Source: Octopus bimaculoides
Lineage: Eukaryota
Assembly: GCF_001194135.2 (NCBI RefSeq)
Contig: NC_068992.1
Coordinates: 10,781,505 to 10,845,504 of the forward strand
Length of the DNA stretch: 64,000 nucleotides
Direction of reading: 5' to 3'
The position numbers were made by a program, and so were the translations under genes. The notes below the pieces were generated by a model. That model saw nothing but the letters and a program-made list of their open reading frames with translations. It searched no databases and was not told where the DNA came from. Below are positions 38,958 through 52,188 of the stretch, in pieces. Within the stretch, counting starts at the first letter, position 1; each line of letters starts with the position of its first letter.

Positions 38958-39793
38958 ATGAAGTATACAAATTGAGAAATACGGAGTTCAATAAAAAAAA
39001 AAACCAAGAGTGGGCTGTTCAAAAATATATGAAATTATTTCAGATAAACTTTTTTAAGAGGATGTAAAAAAGTGTAAAATATTAGTTAAAAATTTCAATA
39101 AAAGTTAATTAGTTGAATGAATACAGTGGAAACAACCATAACAAAACACAGAAAGTTTGATGCTGAAAAGAACAAAAGTTCTTTGAATCCAGGAAAAAAT
39201 ATAAGCAACCTTCAGATAAGAATATATGAAAATCTAGAAAGAAAGTATAGTAATAGTGACAAAAACGTAGATTGTTTTTTTCTTAAGTTCAGATATTAAA
39301 AACAGTTGGTAATAGACAATAGACAGGTAAAGAAAATAAAAGTTAAAAGAATAAATTGTGTTTAAGATCCAGTTTGTTAAAAAAGCTCAGTATACATCAT
39401 TCATTAAGCAGTAGTATGTTACAAAGCAAGAAACTCGTGGTGTGTCTGCGAGAATCTAATAATTCAAACTTTCTTTTTTATTCAAAGCACATCTTTCTAG
39501 AATAGAATGACATAAGTTTTTGTGCAAACACAAAACAGATCTCAAAGAAGAATGGAAAGAGCAGTGTCTGTAAGGACTAAGCTTAAGGCACTCCACATTT
39601 CAACTTTCCAAGCATCAAACTAATACCATATTCACCAAACTTTGTTATTTTGGGGGATTTTTGCACTGTTATTTCAATGTTTATTGACCTTCCAACAGAC
39701 TTACATACATACGTACAAACACACACACACACATATATGTATGTATGTATATGTATATATATATTTATACATGCACACAAACGTCTATATTCT

Positions 39794-39990
39794 ATTCTTT
39801 TACTTATTTCAGTCATTTTACTGTGGCCATGTTGTAGCACCACCTTTAGTCAAACAAATTGACCCCAGGACCTATTCTTTGTAAACCTAGTACTTATTCT
39901 GTCGGTCTGTTGTGCCAAACCACTAAGTTACAGGGATGTAAACACACCAACATCAGTTGTCAAGCAATGGTGGGACAACAAACATAAACA
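39794..39990 (-). mobile_element. CORE-type SINE family B, 3' half
   Basis: cttttacttatttcagtcattttactgtggccatgttgtagcaccacc..gggatgtaaacacaccaacatcagttgtcaagc. Confidence 0.7.
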
Positions 39991-39998
39991 CAAACACA

Positions 39999-40044
<46 letters not shown>

Positions 40045-41744
40045 TATATATATATATATATAAAACAAATAATAAATGAGTATATGCATATATACATACA
40101 GGTATGTACATACCTACGTCTACCTGTATATATAGGTGCATATCTGGGTACAGGACATTGCAAACAAAACGTGGGCAATAAAGAAATATGTAATAAGAGA
40201 CTGAAAAGAGCCCATCATATATATTTGTGCATGTATGTGTGTGTGCATGGTTCATGTGTNNNNNNNNNNNNNNNNNNNNNNNNNNNNNNNNNNNNNNNNN
40301 NNNNNNNNNNNNNNNNNNNNNNNNNNNNNNNNNNNNNNNNNNNNNNNNNNNNNNNNNNNNNNNNNNNNNNNNNNNNNNNNNNNNNNNNNNNNNNNNNNNN
40401 NNNNNNNNNNNNNNNNNNNNNNNNNNNNNNNNNNNNNNNNNNNNNNNNNNNNNNNNNNNNNNNNNNNNNNNNNNNNNNNNNNNNNNNNNNNNNNNNNNNN
40501 NNNNNNNNNNNNNNNNNNNNNNNNNNNNNNNNNNNNNNNNNNNNNNNNNNNNNNNNNNNNNNNNNNNNNNNNNNNNNNNNNNNNNNNNNNNNNNNNNNNN
40601 NNNNNNNNNNNNNNNNNNNNNNNNNNNNNNNNNNNNNNNNNNNNNNNNNNNNNNNNNNNNNNNNNNNNNNNNNNNNNNNNNNNNNNNNNNNNNNNNNNNN
40701 NNNNNNNNNNNNNNNNNNNNNNNNNNNNNNNNNNNNNNNNNNNNNNNNNNNNNNNNNNNNNNNNNNNNNNNNNNNNNNNNNNNNNNNNNNNNNNNNNNNN
40801 NNNNNNNNNNNNNNNNNNNNNNNNNNNNNNNNNNNNNNNNNNNNNNNNNNNNNNNNNNNNNNNNNNNNNNNNNNNNTAATAGTCTTGTTCTTTCCTATAA
40901 AAATCATTTTCAGGAGAATCAGAAATTCTTAAAGAAGCTCCTAAAAACCAAAATATATATAATTCTTTAACATGAGAAATTTACGATTTTTTTTTCTCCT
41001 TAAATAATTCAAATTCATAGATATCACTCAAATCTGAAGAATAAGTGTTTTCCATGATAATATATTAGTTGTTAATCAAAAATTATAAAATTGTAAGTAA
41101 AAATATTTTAAGCATTACAATTTTTTTTTTTTTTAAATCTCTAATTCACTTGCAACAGCTTGCAATATCTTTATATTTATATGAATGAAATACTAAAAGA
41201 ATGATTTCAAACTTTCTACATATTATGCAATATTTCAAAGTGGTAACTCAGTGTTAAGAGAGCTTGGTGAAAATGCAGGCATCAACCAAATGGGTAAGAG
41301 CAAAGAAATTTGTTTTTTTTAATATAAAGAATATTCAGTATTTGTAAAAACTTACATTTGTAAAATATATACGTTAATAACTCTAAATTCACAAGTTACA
41401 TCTAGCGATAGATGGATTCAACTTTGGTGAACATGTTTAGCTATTACATGGCTGCATAGGAGCAGGCTTGGCTGTATAGCTGAGAAATTTACTTCCTAAT
41501 CACACAGTTTCAGGTTCAGTCCCACATAGGTATTAGAAATAAATAAAAAATATGTGTATGTGTGTGTATGCGTGTGCATGTAGGTGTGTGTGTATGCATG
41601 TGTGTGTGTATGTATGTATGTGTGCATGTGTATGCGTATCTCCTTGTCTTAACATTGTATATTAGTGGTAAATAAGTGTCACCATTATACAAATTGATAT
41701 TCATTTCCAGTCTTAAAACTGTGACGATGGTGATATACATACCT

Positions 41745-41775
<31 letters not shown>

Positions 41776-42153
41776 TAGATATCTACTATGAACGTAGTTT
41801 TGTTTAAAATTAGTTCCATTGTTCAGATTATATTTGTATTGTCTTATCCAATTATTATTCTGTTATTTCATAACAAAAAAGATCTCAAAAAAAAGAAAGA
41901 AAAAAAAATTCACATTTATTAAACTCACACCTTTGTCCCTTTGACCCTAACTTGCCAAAAAGACTGGCTGAAGAGAACCAGTCAGGCAATAACTCTGATT
42001 AATTTGCATAAGGCAGTCAAACACAGCATCGTAGTAAATAACATTTCATTCAATGCATCTTTTATTTATAAGTAGAAGCTGATTGTTTTTGTAAATTAAC
42101 TTTCCAAAGATAGATATTAAAGAAAAAAATTAAGACTTTTTGCACATATTTAA

Positions 42154-42221
<68 letters not shown>

Positions 42222-42653
42222 GCATGTGTGTAAATGTATATTCATATATATATATATNNNNNNNNNNNNNNNNNNNNNNNNNNNNNNNNNNNNNNNNNNN
42301 NNNNNNNNNNNNNNNNNNNNNNNNNNNNNNNNNNNNNNNNNNNNNNNNNNNNNNNNNNNNNNNNNNNNNNNNNNNNNNNNNNNNNNNNNNNNNNNNNNNN
42401 NNNNNNNNNNNNNNNNNNNNNNNNNNNNNNNNNNNNNNNNNNNNNNNNNNNNNNNNNNNNNNNNNNNNNNNNNNNNNNNNNNNNNNNNNNNNNNNNNNNN
42501 NNNNNNNNNNNNNNNNNNNNNNNNNNNNNNNNNNNNNNNNNNNNNNNNNNNNNNNNNNNNNNNNNNNNNNNNNNNNNNNNNNNNNNNNNNNNNNNNNNNN
42601 NNNNNNNNNNNNNNNNNNNNNNNNNNNNNNNNNNNNNNNNNNNNNNNNNNNNN

Positions 42654-42687
<34 letters not shown>

Positions 42688-42690
<3 letters not shown>

Positions 42691-42817
42691 TCATCATCAT
42701 CATCATCGTTTAACGTCCGCTTTCCATGCTAGCATGGGTTGGACGATTTGACTGAGGACTGGTGAAACCGGATGGCAACACCAGGCTCCAGTCTAATTTG
42801 GCAGAGTTTCTACAGCT
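42688..42817 (-). mobile_element. Short, little-diverged RTE LINE 3' end
   Basis: Near-identical reverse complement of 29588-29710. Confidence 0.8.
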
Positions 42818-43331
42818 ATATATATATATATATATGCTGGTGTATACATATATATACATGTACACACACACAGATGTATGCATACACATATGTACATGCA
42901 TTCATTTATTTCTTCATTTGCTTATCCAGTTTTTCCATGTTAGCATGAAATAGATAATTCTATTATCGACACCTTCTTTCACAGCCTGATTTCACTTCTT
43001 TCCATAATCCTTACCAGTTTTTCCAGGAAGCGATCTCTTATCACCCTTGCCTTCAAATGCATGTAGGGAGCTGATGGTTCTTTGACAGAAGGAATAACAA
43101 CAGCCCTCGTAACTCACAACCATTCCAAAGCACAAATATAAGCAAACACTCAGTGTGTTTCTTTTACCGAATCTATTGACAAGGCTTTTGTTGGGTGAGG
43201 TTGTGTAGCAGAAACTTGCTCAAGATGTTGTGCAGTAGGATTGAATCTGAAACCATGTGACTAGCAAGCAGACTTCTTAACCACACACCTATGTCTCTCT
43301 CTCTCTTTTTCTCTGACTGTCTATCACTCTC

Positions 43332-43385
<54 letters not shown>

Positions 43386-43842
43386 TACATACCACCATCA
43401 TATATATATATACATACATACATCAAAATCAAAATCAAATCAAACCACAATTAAAAAATGGAAATTGTAGTTGTGGCTGATGCCAGCGCCACCTATCTGG
43501 CTCCCTGTGCCAGTGACATGTAAAAAGCACTATCCAAACGTCATCGATGCCATATATATAATTAAATAATGTGGGTGGCTTATTAGTAATGTAACAACCT
43601 AAAGACAAATTTATAGATGTCACTACAGTGACAGAATATACAAAGTGGTACCAGCATTGCTAGAAATAAGAGTCAAAATGACTCATTAATCACAAGAGTA
43701 CTATCTTAATAAGCTCCCTACGTTCACAGATATAGCCATATGACATGATTTCAAATTTTGATGCAGGGCACATACAAATATATATATATATATACATATA
43801 GGTGCAGGAAGGGGTATGTGGTAAGAAGTAGTGTATATGTAT

Positions 43843-44244
43843 ATTCTTTTCTATGCTAGGTACAAGGCCTGAAATTTTGGGGGAGGGGCAGTGGATTAGG
43901 TCGACCGCAGTACGCAACTGGTACTCAATTTATGAACCCTGAAAGGACGAAAGGCAAAGTCGACCTTCAGATGAAATACTGCTAAATATTTCACCCATCA
44001 TACTAATGTTTCTTATTTCTTTATTGCCCACAAGGGGCTAAACATAGAGGGGACAAACAAGGACAGACAATGGGATTAAATCGATTAGATCGACCCCAGA
44101 ATGCAACTGGTACTTAATTTATCGACCCCGAAAGGATGAAAGGCAAAGTCGACCTCGCCGGAATTTGAACTCAGAATTTAACAGTAAATGAAATACCGCT
44201 AAGCATTTCGCCCAGCGTGCTAACGTTTCTGCCAGCTCACTGCC
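43843..44244 (-). mobile_element. Family-A dimer: full type-2 copy followed by a headless type-3 copy
   Basis: The minus-strand junction aaagaaataagaaacattag (44022-44003) is the same as at 36327-36347. Confidence 0.75.
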
Positions 44245-44681
44245 TTTGTGTGTATGTATATTGTTGACTCTATGAGAAAATGCATACATAGTTGCAGGCA
44301 TTGGGAAGGGCATCATACCAACTAGTAATTTTGAACCTACACTTTGGGAGGCAGAATGTGATGACCTCTCCAACCCATAGCAACCCATGGAAACAAATGT
44401 AAAATGATGATAAAGATGATGGTGATCATGATAAACATAATGACTATAATGATGATCATGCTGTATGTATGTATGTATGTATGTATGTATGTATTAATTG
44501 GGTGTGAAGTGTGTATATTATTATTACGTAGATGAAAATGGGGAAAAAATAATTTTATAATACTGGTATTTCTTTTGTGTTTACTTAATGTTCTTAGGAT
44601 TTAAAATCAACAAAGAATTTTTAATGCCAAATAAAATAGATATTGATGCCACGAGAATATGTGTCTGTTTGTGGCTTTGTA

Positions 44682-44723
<42 letters not shown>

Positions 44724-47157
44724 CGCTTGTCTGTCTGTGTGTGTATATATATATGTGTGTGTGTATATACAAATATATATACATGTGTGTGTGTATACAA
44801 ATATCTATATGCATACGTATACATATGTGGGTATGTATATTAGTTGTGTGAGTGTGAACATATTTGTGTCTATATATGTGTTGGTGCGTGTGTGTGTATG
44901 TGTGTGGTGAGTGTTTATTGCTTTTTATTGGATTGCATTCAATTTTATTTCAAAATTAAAATGAAAAAGGCTAAAACATTTTTTCCATCACCACAATCAT
45001 CATCCACATCACACTCAATAACCACAACAACAACAGCTGCAACAACAGCTACAATAACAACAAGTACATTAAAATCAATAACAACAACAGCTTTACACTC
45101 TTCATCAATAAGATCATCACAATTATCAACAACATCAATTATTATTGATAGAAATTTTTCAGTAATTTCTAATACAACCATTTAATTATTAATATCATAA
45201 TTATCATCGTCATCATTGTCGTGGTCGCTATCATCACCATCATCATGAAGAACAACAACAATACCATCAAATTCATAAACAGCCAGAACATCATAATACA
45301 ACATTGAAGTGTCAATATAATCACTCAACCTATTAGAAAGAGCAGCCTAATAACCCTCGAAACATAAAGACCAGAAGAACCAGCATGGGTGAGAGAGTGG
45401 AAGGAATGAATATATGATGGAAAAAGAAAGGTAGGATTATGTAGAGCGGAGTGAGTTGAAGAATGATTGGCAATGGCAGAGGTAGACGAGCGTAAAGGTG
45501 GGTAATGTGATAACAGCAAGAGGTGATGGGGAGAAATAGAAGTTGCCCAGGGAAGAGAGAGACAGAGTGAGTGAGAGAGACAGAGTGAGTGAGAGACAGA
45601 CAGACAGACAGTGGTAAAGTCACACAGTATTAGGAAGTGGGATGTAGATGACTTCATGCAGTCTGATTAATGCAGTCTGATTAATGCAGTCTGATGTCTG
45701 ATGCAATTTGTTTGATGCCGTCTGTTCGGTGCAGTCTTTTTGATGCATATTGATGCTCTCTGATGTAGTCTGGTTAATGGAATCTGTCTGATGCAATCTA
45801 TTTGATGCAGTTTGTTTGATGCATTCTGATGCAGTGTGATTGATGCAGTCTCTTATACATAGACCTAGTTAAGGGTGGAAGGTACCAGATTGATGAAGAT
45901 GATACAGGCAGTACAGAAAGAAAAGGCTGCAATGTACCAGAAAAAATGGATGAGTATGGTCTGTTTTAACCGTAACAGTGAAGGGCAAGGATGTCAGAGT
46001 GATTAGGATGAGGTTAACAGTACAAAGGGGTAACATTACAGTATACTGGGAGAAGATATGAGGGTGGACTGATGCAGTCTCTCATAGATAAACCTAATAA
46101 AGGTCAAAGATATCAGAGTGATTAAGATGTTGATAGCAGCACAGGTGGAGTGGTGTTACAGCAGTGTACTGGGAAGTAATATCTGTGGAGGTAGACGGAT
46201 GCATTGAGCAGTGTTGTCCTAGGTACACTATGTTTGAAAAGAAAATGTAATGGTCTTGACCTAAAACACCTGTGATTATTGGTCTTCTGGGTTAGGGATG
46301 CCAACAATGAGATAATCACAATGTTTAACAATGAAACTATCATAAGCCACCCTAGACACGCAGCTAGGCTGACTCTACACAAGTCACCTTGAAACATGAC
46401 TCAAAAATAACAGAGATTTAGAATATCACCTCCCAAATCACTCATTCATCTATCTCCTTTCTAGCAACACCAAAGAACATTAAACTGAAATAACGTCATA
46501 CTTAGTCACATCCACCAACCACACATAGTATAGATACAAGTACATTCTCTTTCTCCACCTTTTAAAACAGTTCAGTATGTCGTGAGGGTGATTTGGCTGC
46601 TCTTTCTGATAGGTTAAGAGATTATAATAAAGGCTTCTTTGTTGCACCAGTATCTCACAATTGTTTATAATCTTATGTTATTGCTGTTGATTATTATGAT
46701 ATTAATGATTAAATGGTTGCAACCAAAATTCCTATAAATAATAAGTGAGGTTTTTAATAATTGTGATAGTCATGCACACACACATACACACACACACGTA
46801 TATCTTTGTGTGTATGTGCAAGTGTGTTAGTATGTGTAGAAGTGTGCGTGTGTCTGTCTTCACCGTGTCATTGTTTGAGCAAAATCAGTGACATTGTTTA
46901 CATCTTTTGTAAACAATATGACCAACATCTTGGCAGTTTTGTCATATATGAAGACTAGTGAAATAAATAAAACAAAGAACTTTATTAGAAATACAATAAG
47001 GGTTGGTTACACGAAGAACATCCAACAGTTTATAATACTATTTCAGTAAGTCTCATCTAACCTATGCCAGCTTAAAGAAAGAGGATGTAAAACTGATGAA
47101 GATGAGAGAAATAGCTGCAGCAATAACAACCTCACTAATCTAGAACACAATACAACA

Positions 47158-47625
47158 ATGCAGACTCCACCAATAATAGGTACGGCTGAACAGGATCTAT
47201 TTTGTTCTGATAGGAGGTGGACAAGTTCACCTTGCCCACCTTCTCAGAGCTTCACCATTAGACTCTGCTTGCATGCAGAAATAAAAAGGAAATTGAAACA
47301 CACCCACAAGAGCATCTGCAACAGATCCAGAATATCACACAGCACCTGATATCGTTAGCTTTCTTCATTACAGTTACCTAAAAATAGCAGTCAAATCACC
47401 CTCAAAATACACGGTAAAACCTTAAAAAGGGAAGGAAAGCAATCCAGAACACTATAATGGATGCACACTCAGCTGATAACAGCTGCAGCAGAACAAACTA
47501 TTGTCTTCTGACTAAGTCTATCTTGCCCACCTTCTCTGTGGTTACGACTAGAATCTACAGAAATAGACTGGAGATTGAAAAGCACCCATGAGGGAATTTG
47601 CAACATATCCAGAACGTATTGCTGT
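47158..47625 (-). mobile_element. Two adjacent copies of a further dispersed repeat (family F)
   Basis: 47158-47350 and 47458-47625 share atgca.actc, cttgcccaccttctc, cagaaata, cacccac/t and tgcaaca.atccagaa. The related block gagggtgatttg(g/a)ctgct also occurs at 46585-46610 and 47385-47410. Confidence 0.5.
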
Positions 47626-47904
47626 ATTTTCATATTATATTTCTTTGTTTTTATTTTCTATTTTTATTCTATTTAAAACATATAGATAGCAATTGTTATG
47701 GATAAAAATTTGGAAGGTGGTGCATCAGCATGACCGCAGCTCTGAGCTGAAACTTTGAAATGAAAATACTGCCTAATCTTCATCATCCGTATAAAAGATT
47801 CATGTTAAGAAATACTCTGTAGACTGACCATGATGATAGTAAATGAGTTTCAGCCACCAGCATAAATACTAAGTAAAAAAAAAAGTATGGTACAGAATTA
47901 ATAT

Positions 47905-48040
47905 TGGTTTCAGATTTTGGCACAAGGTCAGCAATTTCAGAGGAGCGGGCTTGTCAGTTACATGGACCCCAGTGTTCAACTAGTACTTATTCTATTGACC
48001 CCCAAAAGAATGAAAAGCAAAATCGATCTTATGTCTCAAG
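47905..48040 (-). mobile_element. SINE family A (tail type 1), 3' part
   Basis: ggtttcagattttggcacaaggtcagcaatttc..gacccc..tacttattctattgacc..gaatgaaaagcaaaatcga. Confidence 0.55.
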
Positions 48041-48213
48041 CAGGATACATAAGCTTGCCAGTTTATTGTACTTTTACAGCATGAAACTAATAGTAGCTCA
48101 AATTTAAATATTGTATACATTAAATTTATACAATTTATATAAATTGTATACATTAAATTATATATATATAATAGTAAAGGTGGCTGGGAGAAATTTAAAA
48201 TCAAAAAGGAAAC

Positions 48214-48836
48214 AATCCACCATCACTAAAAGTAGCCATAGGGTACAATGAGCACCAGCATTACTAGAAATAGAAGTCAAAGACACGTTAGCCACAAAAA
48301 GTCACATGTTTTATTTGGACTGACAGGGGAGACAACACCCCCCTCTATAAGCGAGCGGCATTAGATTAACATGTTAATCTTGTATAAGGAATTAATACTT
48401 ATCAATAATGCTTACTCCATCATGGGCGGTGGCTAAGGAGTCTTTGACTCTTATTTCTAGCAGTGCTGGCGCTCATTGCATCCTTTGGCCACTTTTAGCG
48501 ATGGTGAATTATTTCTTTTTTCGTTTTAAATTGCTTTCAGCCACCTTTATTATTTTATAATTATCAAGAAATCAGTTACTGATTTCTCTGGCATTTTCCA
48601 TAAAAATCACTGGCATGATTTCAGTTCCACCACCTGTGATAGAGTAAGAATTACTAACAAGTATTAATTTCTTATATGAAACTAACATGTTAATTTAATG
48701 CAGCTCACTCACAGAGGGGAGTGATGTCTCCCCTGTCAGTCCAAATAGAACATGTGACTTTTTGTGGTTAAGTCTTTGACTCCTATTTCTAGCAATGCTG
48801 GTGATTATTGCACCCTTTGGTCACTTTTCGTGAAGG

Positions 48837-48842
<6 letters not shown>
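48214..48842. mobile_element. Compound inverted-repeat element (MITE with ~70-bp TIRs plus an inverted partial copy)
   Basis: TIRs at 48214-48284 / 48440-48510. 48643-48842 is the reverse complement of 48214-48416. The right end reads ..gaagg-TTAA. Confidence 0.7.
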
Positions 48843-48867
<25 letters not shown>

Positions 48868-49277
48868 NNNNNNNNNNNNNNNNNNNNNNNNNNNNNNNNN
48901 NNNNNNNNNNNNNNNNNNNNNNNNNNNNNNNNNNNNNNNNNNNNNNNNNNNNNNNNNNNNNNNNNNNNNNNNNNNNNNNNNNNNNNNNNNNNNNNNNNNN
49001 NNNNNNNNNNNNNNNNNNNNNNNNNNNNNNNNNNNNNNNNNNNNNNNNNNNNNNNNNNNNNNNNNNNNNNNNNNNNNNNNNNNNNNNNNNNNNNNNNNNN
49101 NNNNNNNNNNNNNNNNNNNNNNNNNNNNNNNNNNNNNNNNNNNNNNNNNNNNNNNNNNNNNNNNNNNNNNNNNNNNNNNNNNNNNNNNNNNNNNNNNNNN
49201 NNNNNNNNNNNNNNNNNNNNNNNNNNNNNNNNNNNNNNNNNNNNNNNNNNNNNNNNNNNNNNNNNNNNNNNNNNNNN

Positions 49278-49329
<52 letters not shown>

Positions 49330-50444
49330 TATCATCATTGTTTTAACATTCACCTTTCCATGCTTGCAATGGTCGACATAATTTGTTGAAGCAGATATTC
49401 TACAACTAGATTCTCTGCCTGATACAAATCCTCATTTGTTTCCCAGCAAAGAAATATTTCCCATGGTCCTTCAAGCAAAAACAGCACAATGGCTGAACAT
49501 CTTTCCATGGAAGATTACAAGTAGGAAGGCAACATTTCTTAATAAAAGCCCATGATGTCAGGATGAGGAGATATGAACATGTATACACACACATACAGTA
49601 TAGATGAATAATTCCAAATTTTGCTTCACAGCCACAAAGTCTTGATTTCCATTGCACAGCATGACATCTTTGGTCAACTACCATTTTCGATTGGCTCAGG
49701 GTGATCAAAATCTTGTGAATGAAACTGGGTTAACAAAAACTGTATAGAAGACCACCAAGTGAATTGTACCGATAATTCTAACAGACACAGCTTGTTGTAC
49801 ATTGTGTCACACCGTCTGAGAAATATATATGTGTGTGTGTATATATATATATATATAATTCTTTCACATGTTTTAGCCCTAGCAACACAAACACACACAT
49901 ATTTATACACATATACACATATATGTATATATGTATATGCATAAGTATACAGATGCATATACATGTACATAAACATATATATANNNNNNNNNNNNNNNNN
50001 NNNNNNNNNNNNNNNNNNNNNNNNNNNNNNNNNNNNNNNNNNNNNNNNNNNNNNNNNNNNNNNNNNNNNNNNNNNNNNNNNNNNNNNNNNNNNNNNNNNN
50101 NNNNNNNNNNNNNNNNNNNNNNNNNNNNNNNNNNNNNNNNNNNNNNNNNNNNNNNNNNNNNNNNNNNNNNNNNNNNNNNNNNNNNNNNNNNNNNNNNNNN
50201 NNNNNNNNNNNNNNNNNNNNNNNNNNNNNNNNNNNNNNNNNNNNNNNNNNNNNNNNNNNNNNNNNNNNNNNNNNNNNNNNNNNNNNNNNNNNNNNNNNNN
50301 NNNNNNNNNNNNNNNNNNNNNNNNNNNNNNNNNNNNNNNNNNNNNNNNNNNNNNNNNNNNNNNNNNNNNNNNNNNNNNNNNNNNNNAACTATCAATGGCT
50401 GATAGTTAGCAAGGTGAGACACACATAAGAAAGAAGGAAACAAA

Positions 50445-50489
50445 GGACCACTGATGAGGTCACAGAAGTGTGACGAAAGAACTCTGGCC
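50445..50489 (+). ncRNA. Candidate minimal type I hammerhead ribozyme
   Basis: ggacca-CTGATGA-g-gtcaca(gaag)tgtgac-GAAA-g-aa-c-TC-tggcc: complete catalytic core, 6-bp stem II, 2-bp stem III and stem I with one bulge. Confidence 0.5.
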
Positions 50490-50658
50490 GAAATAAGATT
50501 AAGATTAAGATTAATGTAATATAAAGCTGAAAAAAAAAATAATAAATAACACCAAATATACAGTGCGTGTGTTTTTATTGGCTAAACTGGCAATATGACC
50601 ATCCCCAAGTACAACAACATCTGTTTCAACACACGATTTCACATAAAAAATCTTGCAA

Positions 50659-50695
<37 letters not shown>

Positions 50696-51436
50696 CCAAA
50701 TGATGAAAGAAAGATATCTATATAACTATTTCTACATCTGTATCCATTTATTTACGTATTTATATATATCTGTATACCTGTTGACATGTATTTATATGTA
50801 TATGGATGCACACACACACACACACACTCACTTATATGAATAAATACGTAAACATGTAATTATGCCTATCTCTGCGTATGATAGAGATTATTGGAAATAT
50901 ATAATTGAAATTCATTTAATTTTTCCTGAGTCTTTCAGAAAAATAAAGTAATTTTCGCTGTTTTGTATTGGTTTCAATTATAAACCTGATAAATATTTCC
51001 AATAAATGTCTTTATTCATGTGCAAACCAATCATATTTAAATCATTTACGAATATATTAAGTGGAGCAAGACATTCTTCACGTTCTTTGTGTGAAAAGAC
51101 ATCTTAATATGCATAATAATAACAATAATAACAGCAACAAAACCACCACCACCAACAACAACAATAATAATGTTTTCTGAATGGATGGTGGTAACAGCAA
51201 CATTTTGTTTATTGGCCACAAGGGTTCACAGAGATACAAAAAGGATATGAAACTTTTTCTACTTGTTACAAAGAAAGAAAAGATAATTTGTCGTGCGAAA
51301 AAGAAACATTTACAAATTACCAGAGATGGGGTTAAGAGATGTCAAAATGTAAATGGAAGGAAGTAGTAAGAATTTTAAAAGTGTACTCACATTTATACAC
51401 CAATGGATTTGGAATCATACATATATATATATATAA

Positions 51437-51469
<33 letters not shown>

Positions 51470-51508
51470 TATTGCACACATATATGCATGCATATACATT
51501 TATAAATA

Positions 51509-51822
51509 TGGCACTTGTGTCGGTGGCACGTGAAAAGACATTCGAGCGAGATCGTTGCCAGTGCTGCTGGACTGGCTCCTGTGCAGGTGGCACGTAAAAT
51601 ACACCATTTTGAGCATGGCCATTGCCAGTACCACCTGACTGGCCTTCGTGCCGGTGGCACGTAAAAGCACCCACTACACTCTCGGAGTGGTTGGCGTTAG
51701 GAAGGGCATCCAGCTGTAGAAACTCTGCCAAATCAGATTGGAGCCTGGTGTAGCCATCTGGATCACCAGTCCTCAGTCAAATCGTCCAACCCATGCTAGC
51801 ATGGAAAGTAGACGTTAAACAA
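51509..51822 (+). mobile_element. RTE LINE 3' UTR with three internal ggtggcacgt(g/a)aaa repeats
   Basis: Repeats near 51523, 51588 and 51654, then ggcgttaggaagggcatccagctgtagaaac..gacgttaaacaatg. Confidence 0.8.
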
Positions 51823-51839
51823 TGGATAGATGCACATAT

Positions 51840-51985
51840 AGGCACAAGCGTGGCTGTGTGGTAAGAAGCTTGCTTCCCAACTACATGATCTTGGGTTCGG
51901 TCATACTGTATGGAACCTTGGGCAAGTGTCTTCTACTATTGCCTTGAGCTGATGAAAGCCTTGTGTATGGATTTGGGAGATGGTC
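51840..51985 (+). mobile_element. CORE-type SINE family B, head and CORE only
   Basis: gcacaagcgtggctgtgtggtaagaagcttgc..ggaaccttgggcaagtgtcttctactattgcc. Confidence 0.7.
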
Positions 51986-52097
51986 AGTTAATAAGTCATT
52001 CTCATTTTCTACTTCTCATACACACATATATATATACATGTAGGTACATAATATATACAGAGAGGCATAAATATAATATATAAATAAAAACAATTTA

Positions 52098-52102
<5 letters not shown>

Positions 52103-52187
<85 letters not shown>
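52103..52187. repeat. Pure (AAT)n microsatellite
   Basis: About 28 uninterrupted units directly upstream of the R4/Dong fragment. Confidence 0.95.
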
Positions 52188-52188
<1 letters not shown>

